This document shows positions 9,919-17,515 of a stretch of DNA of 64,000 nucleotides, piece by piece. Every line of letters begins with the position of its first letter. Position 1 is the first letter of the stretch. Made by a program: the position numbers and the translations under genes. The notes under the pieces are model-generated. The model worked only from the letters and a program-made list of their open reading frames with translations, was not told the origin of the DNA and made no database searches. The stretch lies in assembly GCA_045644805.1 (NCBI GenBank), contig JAZRHO010000043.1, forward strand, positions 4,193 through 68,192. Direction: 5' to 3'. The DNA is from Eubacteriales bacterium (GTDB taxonomy: Bacteria > Bacillota > Clostridia > Oscillospirales > CAG-272).

Positions 9919-11316
9919 ATGGTATTTGCTACAACCATTGCAGCAATCTCAACCCCACCCGGAAAGGGTGGGGTTGCGGTTATAAGAATATGCGGCAAAG
10001 ACGCGCTTTTTATATGTGATAAAATGTTTTTACCAAGAGGGGCGTCGGTGCTTAAAGATAAACCGAGATTTCAGATATATGGAGATATTCTTTATCAAGG
10101 CGAAGTTATTGATGACGGTCTTGCAACCTATTTTCCGGCTCCCAATTCATACACGGGTGAGGATATTGTAGAGATAAGCTGCCATGGAGGTATGCTTATT
10201 TCACGTATGGTATTGGAATCTGCGCTGATTTGCGGCGCATCATTGGCGGCTCCCGGTGAATTTACAAAAAGAGCGTTCGTAAACGGAAAACTTTCGCTTA
10301 CGGAAACTGAAGCCGTAGCTTCGCTTCTTGAAGCTGAAAGCGATTGGCAGGTAAGGCTATCAAGACCTTCTTCACGTACGAAGCTTGCTTTTCGCATTGC
10401 TGAAATAAGGGAAGAGCTTACATCTGTTCTTTCTTCTATATATGCGCGCATAGACTATCCCGATGAAGATCTCGGAGAGCTTACAGATAAAGAAATTATG
10501 GATTTGATATCCGTCTGCATGTGCTCGATAAGTAAACTTATGTTGACATATAAAACAGGAAGAGCTGTAAACGAAGGCATTAACACTGTTTTGTGCGGCA
10601 AACCTAACGTTGGAAAAAGCACACTTTATAATCTTTTGCTTGAAGAAGATGCCGCTATTGTTACAAATATTCCGGGTACAACACGTGATGTGCTTGAAAA
10701 GCGAATATCTCTCGGAAAAGTAATGCTGAAGCTTTTTGATACGGCGGGTATAAGAGATGATGTTAAAGATACTGTAGAATCAATAGGAATAAGTCGTTCG
10801 CGTGAAAAAATAGATTCGGCAGACCTTATATTTGTTCTGTTTGATTCGTCAGGAGAGCTTGATGAAGAGGACGAAAAAATACTTGAGTATGTAGATAAAA
10901 AATCCGCTGCGAAGGTAGCCGTTATTACAAAATGCGATTTAGCTGAAAAAAAGAATGAAAAAATGCGCTCCTACCTTTCAGAGCGCGGTTTCGAGTATAT
11001 CCTTGAAATATCCGCAAAACGTGACGGTGATGACGCAAGAGAATTACTCGCAAGGCTTTGCGATAATCTTTTTATTGATGAAAAAATAAAAATTGGAGAT
11101 GACGCTGTCATATCCTCGGCGCGCCAATATGCTGCTCTTGTAAAGGCATCGGAATTTTTGAGGACGGCATACGATGCCTATTCTATCGGACTTCCGTCAG
11201 ATGCTGCGAGTTCAGATATAGAGCTTGCTTTGGGTGCGATATCCGAGCTTGACGGACGCGCTGTAAGCGAGACTGTTGTTGCGGATATTTTTTCAAAGTT
11301 TTGCGTGGGAAAATAA
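9919..11316 (+). CDS. mnmE: tRNA modification GTPase
   Basis: TIAAISTPPG, GKPNVGKS, DTAG and C-terminal FSKFCVGK. Confidence 0.97.
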   Translation: MVFATTIAAISTPPGKGGVAVIRICGKDALFICDKMFLPRGASVLKDKPRFQIYGDILYQGEVIDDGLATYFPAPNSYTGEDIVEISCHGGMLISRMVLESALICGASLAAPGEFTKRAFVNGKLSLTETEAVASLLEAESDWQVRLSRPSSRTKLAFRIAEIREELTSVLSSIYARIDYPDEDLGELTDKEIMDLISVCMCSISKLMLTYKTGRAVNEGINTVLCGKPNVGKSTLYNLLLEEDAAIVTNIPGTTRDVLEKRISLGKVMLKLFDTAGIRDDVKDTVESIGISRSREKIDSADLIFVLFDSSGELDEEDEKILEYVDKKSAAKVAVITKCDLAEKKNEKMRSYLSERGFEYILEISAKRDGDDARELLARLCDNLFIDEKIKIGDDAVISSARQYAALVKASEFLRTAYDAYSIGLPSDAASSDIELALGAISELDGRAVSETVVADIFSKFCVGK

Positions 11317-11317
11317 A

Positions 11318-11422
11318 TTATTTTATCACCAATGTGGTTATGCCTTCAAACTCTTCTGTGAGACTGAGTCCAAGCGCTAAACAAATCAGCACGACGGCAC
11401 CGATGCCTAAGATTCTTTTCAT
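11318..11422 (-). CDS. Small 34-aa single-TM peptide
   Basis: AGGAGG RBS then ATG; MKRILGIGAVVLICLALGLSLTEEFEGITTLVIK. Confidence 0.6.
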   Translation of the reverse strand: MKRILGIGAVVLICLALGLSLTEEFEGITTLVIK

Positions 11423-11498
11423 ATAAAAATCCTCCTGTTTTGGATTGATTGTCTTTAGTCTTCCCAAGTGTTGGGAAATCATACAAAAGGAAAACTTT

Positions 11499-11825
11499 AT
11501 GGAGAACAAAAGATTTTCTAAAAACGATAACGGCTTTATTTGTCAAAATTGCGGAGAAGAGGTATTGCCTCTTGGATATACCTCGCGAAATCATTGCCCA
11601 TTTTGTCTGTGCTCGCTCCATGTGGATATAAATCCGGGAGACAGGAAGAATCCTTGCCAAGGAATTCTTCGTCCCATAAGCGCGCTGCCAGACCCTAAGA
11701 AGGGCTATGTTATAATACACCGTTGCGATAAGTGCTCGGCTACAGTAAGAAACAAAGCAGCTCATGAGGCTAAGGTACAGCCTGACAATTTAGACCTAAT
11801 AATAAAGTTAACAGCTATGCATTAA
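11499..11825 (+). CDS. RNHCP domain protein
   Basis: F.C..CG...RNHCPFCLCSLHVD..PGDR signature. Confidence 0.9.
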   Translation: MENKRFSKNDNGFICQNCGEEVLPLGYTSRNHCPFCLCSLHVDINPGDRKNPCQGILRPISALPDPKKGYVIIHRCDKCSATVRNKAAHEAKVQPDNLDLIIKLTAMH

Positions 11826-11831
11826 TAAAAT

Positions 11832-11867
11832 ACCGACTTCGGATTTAACGCGAGGTCGGTCTTTTTT
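11832..11867 (+). terminator. Intrinsic terminator
   Basis: accgacttcg...cgaggtcggt followed by tttttt. Confidence 0.8.
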
Positions 11868-11926
11868 GTGTAAACAAGACAAATAATGTCGTAAAAACTG
11901 TTATCAATTTGTTTACAATCGCTCTC

Positions 11927-11956
11927 TTGACAAGTTTACTGCGCCTACTATATAAT
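11927..11956 (+). promoter_or_regulatory. Sigma-A promoter of the VWA lipoprotein gene
   Basis: TTGACA-N18-TATAAT. Confidence 0.75.
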
Positions 11957-12007
11957 AACCGTAGAGAGGCAAAAGCCTATCGATCTATCAAAGGGGGAGT
12001 TTTTCGT

Positions 12008-13306
12008 ATGAAAATCAAAAACGTATTTATCTCGCTGATACTTGTAGTTCTTATGGTATTTTCATTTGTATCCTGCTCCTACGAGGGCGGTTCCGAAGAT
12101 TACGGAGGCGGATCTGGCTCCGGAATGGATTCCTTCGGAAGCAGCGAAGGTAAGGGGTCAGCAGACGCTGAAATAGGAGATACCTCTGATAGCACAGAGC
12201 CTTCGGACGAAAAAACAGAAGATGATAACTCTGTTCCTGCCGGACTTATAACCGCAGGAGCTTGGAATGACAACGATAACTATGAGTATTGGAAACAGCT
12301 TTTTGAACAAGGCGACGAATCCAACGGTAAATTTTTTAATTATTCAGGCGATAATTCATGGGGATTCTCTTCTTATAGGAGAATTAAGGTAGTTGTAAAA
12401 AACGGAGATAACACAGTCGCAGGAGCAAAGGTTATCGCAAAATCCTCCGGTGATGAGACACTTTTTAGCGCTGTTTCTGATGCAAGCGGAGTTGCATATC
12501 TGTTTGTCTCGGAACAGAACGGTAAAATAAAAGTGACCTCATCGGATTATTCGTCAGATGCAGAATTTTCGGAACAGACAACAGAGCTCACGGTTAACCT
12601 TAACGGAGCTGAGGAGAAGAAAAATATAATAGACATTATGTTCGTTGTAGATGTAACGGGCTCAATGGGAGACGAGCTGTCTTATCTTAAAGCCGAGATA
12701 GCCGACGTAATAAACAGAGTATGCACAAATAATAGTGAGACCGTTGTAAACCTCGCGTTTCTTTTCTATCGTGACAGCGTTGATGCCGAAGAATTCAAAT
12801 ACTATGATTTTGTTAACGTGACTGCACCGGAAGGACTTGCTATTCAGCAAAGTGCGCTTGATTCGCAACACGCCAAGGGTGGTGGAGATTTTCCTGAATC
12901 TGTAGACGAGGCACTTATTATGGCTATGGAAAAGCAATGGAGCACAGGCGCTACCACAAAGCTTATATTCCACGTTCTCGATGCTCCGCCACATTCGACA
13001 CAAGCAGATAAAACGAATTATAAGGCTGCAGTAGATGCCGCTGCCGAAAAGGGAATAAGGATATGTCCGATTCTTTGCAGCGGATCCGATACTCTAACTG
13101 AATATCTGGTTCGTCAAGCGGCCATATATACAGGAGGAACATTTATATATATAACCGATGATTCGGGAATTGGAAATTCTCACCATGATCCAAATCTTCC
13201 TAACGTTACGATAGAAGCACTTAATTCCTTGCTTGTGCGTCTGATAAACGGATACCATAGCGGTACGTTTGCGGATCCGGTCGATTGGAGACAAGAGGTT
13301 AAATAA
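12008..13306 (+). CDS. VWA-domain lipoprotein
   Basis: Lipobox FVSC, Ser/Gly/Asp linker, MIDAS motif DVTGSM, GGGDFPE. Confidence 0.85.
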   Translation: MKIKNVFISLILVVLMVFSFVSCSYEGGSEDYGGGSGSGMDSFGSSEGKGSADAEIGDTSDSTEPSDEKTEDDNSVPAGLITAGAWNDNDNYEYWKQLFEQGDESNGKFFNYSGDNSWGFSSYRRIKVVVKNGDNTVAGAKVIAKSSGDETLFSAVSDASGVAYLFVSEQNGKIKVTSSDYSSDAEFSEQTTELTVNLNGAEEKKNIIDIMFVVDVTGSMGDELSYLKAEIADVINRVCTNNSETVVNLAFLFYRDSVDAEEFKYYDFVNVTAPEGLAIQQSALDSQHAKGGGDFPESVDEALIMAMEKQWSTGATTKLIFHVLDAPPHSTQADKTNYKAAVDAAAEKGIRICPILCSGSDTLTEYLVRQAAIYTGGTFIYITDDSGIGNSHHDPNLPNVTIEALNSLLVRLINGYHSGTFADPVDWRQEVK

Positions 13307-13318
13307 AACAATATTAAA

Positions 13319-13353
13319 GAGGGTAGCTCAAGTTCAAAACTTGAGCTACCCTC
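13319..13353. terminator. Hairpin closing the phage-like operon (convergent genes)
   Basis: gagggtagctcaagtt-caa-aacttgagctaccctc, perfect 16-bp stem. Confidence 0.8.
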
Positions 13354-13375
13354 AAATGCACCAAGGGTACAGTAA

Positions 13376-14212
13376 TTATTTCACTCCATTCGAGATATAA
13401 GCTTCAATAATATTCGCCTTGGTCTCCATCCACAGAGATAAAGAGTGCTTGGAGTATGAATAACCTGCGCTGTAACCGCGGAAGCCTATAATAGGCAAAG
13501 CAGAGAGCTTCAGAATACCGTTTAGGACATCCGATAAGGTCATACCGTCTTTTGCGCTTAGCATGACAGATACCGTTACAGTCATGCAAATTGTAGAGGG
13601 TATCATTTTCAAAAGAAGTATCGGAATTTTTCTTTTGTCCGGATTTTCAAGCTCGCTTCGCCCGGAATCGCGTTCGCGGCTGAGAAGAGTTTTAACGTTC
13701 AAGTTCGCGGGCTTTATTCTTTGCGCGCGTCGAAGAGCCTTAAGACTTTTTTTATCAAATTTTTTGCCGTTTTTATATTCTTCAATTGATTTAAGCGATA
13801 ACCCGTGTGAAAAAAGAATTGAGTTTTTTCGTGATTGTGCTTCACGCTCGGCATAGCTTTTGCAAAATGCGCGCAGACTTTCGATATCTTCGCCTTTGAT
13901 AAGGGAACGAACGTTATCGTACCGGTCCTTGGCACGCATATATTCTTCTGTTTCCGTGCCGCTTCGTTCTCCGGCGTCTTCAAGAGAAAAATATATTATG
14001 TATGAGGAAGTCATTAAAAGAAGTAACGTGCCTAAAAATTCTTCGGTTATAAATCCTGTAAAGCTTATATCGGTGAACGTTACGGCAATCATAACAATTG
14101 CGACGACTGCCGCTATAAGCTTACCCATATTGTCAATTGCCGTTTTTGTAACCTTCTTCATAAGCTCTTCGGAATCAAGAAGCTTGTCCTCAAAGTCGGA
14201 AAAGTTTTTCAT
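13376..14212 (-). CDS. Hypothetical membrane protein (about 4 TM), last gene of the phage-like operon
   Basis: Two TM pairs flanking a basic soluble region; overlaps the upstream gene by 4 nt. Confidence 0.7.
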   Translation of the reverse strand: MKNFSDFEDKLLDSEELMKKVTKTAIDNMGKLIAAVVAIVMIAVTFTDISFTGFITEEFLGTLLLLMTSSYIIYFSLEDAGERSGTETEEYMRAKDRYDNVRSLIKGEDIESLRAFCKSYAEREAQSRKNSILFSHGLSLKSIEEYKNGKKFDKKSLKALRRAQRIKPANLNVKTLLSRERDSGRSELENPDKRKIPILLLKMIPSTICMTVTVSVMLSAKDGMTLSDVLNGILKLSALPIIGFRGYSAGYSYSKHSLSLWMETKANIIEAYISNGVK

Positions 14213-14571
14213 TTGTTTGTATCGCCTGCCATTCTTGAAAGCTTAAAGAATATCGCTGCTAAAGCATTTGAAATAAAACCGATAAAGGATATGACCGTCA
14301 TTTCATCTGCTATTTTTGAAAGAGTGAAAAAAAGAATAAAAATTATAAGCCAAATCGACCATACCGCAGGGGAAGAGAATATGCGTTTAAGCATTTTCCA
14401 CAGCGGAGACACGCATATAAGAAGCAAAAGAAGAGTAAACCCCGAAACGGCCGCACCTTCGCCTCTTTCAAGCCAAAGGGGGAAATAAGAAAGAGTTGCC
14501 AAGGTAACCGGGATGACCGAGAGGGCAAAGCCTATTAAGAAAAACAGGATTTTTTTAGTCCTCAATGTCAA
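14209..14571 (-). CDS. Small 4-TM membrane protein (holin-like size and position)
   Basis: 120 aa, almost entirely hydrophobic, TTG start. Confidence 0.6.
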   Translation of the reverse strand: MTLRTKKILFFLIGFALSVIPVTLATLSYFPLWLERGEGAAVSGFTLLLLLICVSPLWKMLKRIFSSPAVWSIWLIIFILFFTLSKIADEMTVISFIGFISNALAAIFFKLSRMAGDTNK

Positions 14572-15214
14572 GGTTAACCTCTCCTTCCGAAAGCTCTGCT
14601 TTCATCGCGCTTATTTTTTCTCCGACACGGTCTTTTAGATATTGAGGAAGAGTTGCGGACATAAATATTTCATATAACATTTCTATTTCTGTGAGAAGCA
14701 CTGCTTTTAAGCTCTCACTTTTTGCGAGGACTTTTTCTTTTTCTTCCTTTGACTCGTAAAGCTGTATGGCTATCTTTTCAAGCTTTGTGACAATTTCTTC
14801 TGTGCTTTGCAGCTTTTGCGTTAATTCATTTGAGATTCTCTTTGAATCCGAGCCGATATTTTCAGTTTTTTCGCCAATGCTTTTTACACCGGAAGAAAGA
14901 GCGGATAAGGCTTCCTTAATAAGCGGTATAAGCCCCTTCTTGTAGCAAAGCATAATTATTATAGAGCCAATAAAGGCTAATGCCGAAAGAATCTGAGGAC
15001 TGTTTTCTAAAAAAGTGTTGAAAATAACGCTATACGGATTTTCCGTATCCGTATTCTCTAAAGGTTCATTCGGGGCGACCGAATGTTCTTGTCTAGTATC
15101 TTCGCTTATGTCTGTAGCTTCTGCGCAAAACGCTGAAAACGGAAGCACGAACACAAGTGATATTGCTAAAAGAATAATGACAGAAGCCTTTTTAATTGTT
15201 TTTTTGTGTTTCAT
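14555..15214 (-). CDS. Signal-peptide + TM + coiled-coil protein
   Basis: Basic/hydrophobic N-terminus ending SAFCA, internal TM ILSALAFIGSIIIMLCY, heptad-rich C-terminus. Confidence 0.7.
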   Translation of the reverse strand: MKHKKTIKKASVIILLAISLVFVLPFSAFCAEATDISEDTRQEHSVAPNEPLENTDTENPYSVIFNTFLENSPQILSALAFIGSIIIMLCYKKGLIPLIKEALSALSSGVKSIGEKTENIGSDSKRISNELTQKLQSTEEIVTKLEKIAIQLYESKEEKEKVLAKSESLKAVLLTEIEMLYEIFMSATLPQYLKDRVGEKISAMKAELSEGEVNLDIED

Positions 15215-15229
15215 AAAATCTCCTTTATG

Positions 15230-15658
15230 TTATGAAAATGTAAATAATTCTTTGTTTTTTACCTGCTCTTCCAGCAATAATATTGATTTTTCCAGCTTGG
15301 AGATTTTTTCATCAAGCTTAGTTATCGCGGTGAGAATTTTATCAAAATCCGTTTCGCTCGAAGAAATTCTTGAAACTTCGGATTCTTCAAAAAGGAATGG
15401 GGAGAGAGAATAGGTTTTATTTTTGCAGATAAGGCATGGAGATAATACACCTTCTTCAAGCTTTGCCTTTTCTATCTTGCAGCTTCCGTCTTTTAATTCA
15501 AACGTACGCTTTCCTAACGCAATCTTGCCTGAAAATGACGGAGGAAGTAAAAACATAATACTGGACTCTCCCAACGCGCTTTTTATCTTTGAGAGAAGAA
15601 ACATGGGTTTATCAGAAAAAAGTCCCGAACTTATGTATTTATAAATTAGTGAAGTCAT
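15230..15658 (-). CDS. Hypothetical protein with C-terminal coiled coil
   Basis: AAAGGA RBS, in operon, C-terminal heptads. Confidence 0.65.
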   Translation of the reverse strand: MTSLIYKYISSGLFSDKPMFLLSKIKSALGESSIMFLLPPSFSGKIALGKRTFELKDGSCKIEKAKLEEGVLSPCLICKNKTYSLSPFLFEESEVSRISSSETDFDKILTAITKLDEKISKLEKSILLLEEQVKNKELFTFS

Positions 15659-15672
15659 AAAAATTCCTTTCT

Positions 15673-16821
15673 TTAAGCGTATTCTGCGTAAAACTTACGT
15701 GGTGCAACATCGGTAAGGACTTCTATCGTGGTCATTCCTTCGCGGTACGGGATGCTTACAGAGGTCTGCTCGTATTCAGCATTTTGCAAAACATAAGTAA
15801 ATGCCATAGGGGTAGAGGTTAAATATTCACGAAGCGTATCTTTATCGGTGAATAAATTCGTATCCTTTAAATAAACGTAAGTTCCGTCATCTCCCTCGGC
15901 TATACCGCACTCGGCATCTGTAAGCTCGGAAAGACTTAACTTTTCGTAAAGCGATATAAAGCTTGATTTTTTACGCATAGGTTTTGAAAGGAATATTTTA
16001 AATATACCTTCGATGTCGCTTTCTTCTATCCCTGTCTCTGCGTTAAAGTATACAGAATTTATTTTTCTTTTTATAATACCTGCGGATAAATCAAACTCGT
16101 CCATGCTGTTTCCTATTCTTAGCAGTGGTTTTTCGATGAGTATTTCTGTGTTCTCGCCGTCGTATTTTTCAAACACACTATTAAAGTCGGTATGCTTACC
16201 TTCAAAAATTCCGAATTCAACAATCGAAATTCTGACGAACATATAAGAGTCTGCATCAGATGAAATAGATACGATAGTTTTTCCTTCTTCGCTGGGAATA
16301 CAATAATAAAATCTATAGTCTTTTGTTGGTATTCTCATTTGACTTGAAGTTCCATCCGAATAATCAAAGCAAATACCGAAATTTCTATCTGTGAATGAAG
16401 TGTTGCTATACCAAAAATAAGCGCACAGACTGTATACCGTGTTCTCTTTGAAGCGTATTTTGCTTTTATCGAGAAATACAGTTCCGTCTTTCTCAGCGTT
16501 GTAAATAGCCGTATAATACGTGTCACTTAAGGTTGTGCTGTTAGTCACTCCTGCATTCATATGGGCATTGGCATAGTCTATTCCGCTTAAAACGTTTTTT
16601 CCGTGGCACCGTAAGGCAATCTTATACTTTCCTGTCTCTTCGTCGTAATTGCCGACACCGTATACCTCTGCCGAAGGCCCGAGTGTATAGTTCCCAAACA
16701 TTTTTATCGTGCTCACCGTGTCAGAGCTTGCCTTTGCCGGAAGCTCAAGAATGTAATCACCGTTTTTTCGATGAAGCCAATTCTCGGTTTTCTTTATAAG
16801 CTTTGATACATCCTTACGCAT
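15673..16821 (-). CDS. Putative tail fibre/receptor-binding protein
   Basis: Position after the nozzle; beta-rich aromatic composition; GKN...YD...DE.D...G.IKR..FTYVL pattern seen in Firmicute phage fibre-associated proteins. Confidence 0.5.
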   Translation of the reverse strand: MRKDVSKLIKKTENWLHRKNGDYILELPAKASSDTVSTIKMFGNYTLGPSAEVYGVGNYDEETGKYKIALRCHGKNVLSGIDYANAHMNAGVTNSTTLSDTYYTAIYNAEKDGTVFLDKSKIRFKENTVYSLCAYFWYSNTSFTDRNFGICFDYSDGTSSQMRIPTKDYRFYYCIPSEEGKTIVSISSDADSYMFVRISIVEFGIFEGKHTDFNSVFEKYDGENTEILIEKPLLRIGNSMDEFDLSAGIIKRKINSVYFNAETGIEESDIEGIFKIFLSKPMRKKSSFISLYEKLSLSELTDAECGIAEGDDGTYVYLKDTNLFTDKDTLREYLTSTPMAFTYVLQNAEYEQTSVSIPYREGMTTIEVLTDVAPRKFYAEYA

Positions 16822-17497
16822 TTGGCAAACCCCTCACCACTCCTTGCACGTCACCGTCATACCAAAGGAATATAGTATAATGAGTATTATCCTTTGGCAA
16901 AAGCTCTTCGTCAGCTACGTCATCTCCGGAAAGACGTATTTTTGACAATGTACTGAATACCGTCGCATCTTCTCCGGAATCAAAGCTGAGTTCAGAATAG
17001 TACTCGTTTTTTAATTCTTCGGGAAGTGATATTACGAGCTCCTTAAGAGTTCCGAGGCGGTATATTTTCGCATTTTCCATTATGATTTCGCAACTGTCGG
17101 TAATTACCGTTTTCGGAAGACTTGAGATAGCGTCATCGGTTTTTTTCATCTTTTCCTCGAGATTGATAATATATTCAGAAAGACTTTCTTCGCCAAGAGA
17201 TAATATTTCGGCAAAAGCTCCGTTGGTTATATCTTCAAAAAGCGATGCCAGAGTGTGACCGTCATAAAGTCCGGTAGGAAGTGATGATGCGAGTGAATTT
17301 TCGCCGGTTGATGAAATGTCATCGAGGAGCGTGTTAAATTTTTCGATAATAAATAAAGGTAATTTGTCAAACGCTTCCTTCATATCCTTTGCCGTATATC
17401 CGCGACCGCCAAAGGCAGAGGGTGCGGTAGGGCGCGAGGGAAGAGAGGCGATTTTCAAATCGGATATTTCCGAATCAAGTATTTTTTTTGTATTCAT
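16814..17497 (-). CDS. Hypothetical tail-associated protein
   Basis: In operon; N-terminal SLPSRP...YTAKDMKEAFDKLP segment; function inferred from position only. Confidence 0.55.
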   Translation of the reverse strand: MNTKKILDSEISDLKIASLPSRPTAPSAFGGRGYTAKDMKEAFDKLPLFIIEKFNTLLDDISSTGENSLASSLPTGLYDGHTLASLFEDITNGAFAEILSLGEESLSEYIINLEEKMKKTDDAISSLPKTVITDSCEIIMENAKIYRLGTLKELVISLPEELKNEYYSELSFDSGEDATVFSTLSKIRLSGDDVADEELLPKDNTHYTIFLWYDGDVQGVVRGLPNA

Positions 17498-17515
17498 TTT
17501 TGTCCTTTCAAGATT

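Noticed and set aside
11440-11480. Sigma-F-like promoter for the 34-aa peptide gene
   Set aside because: GTATG-N15-GGAAGACTA has mismatches in both elements and is too weak to call.
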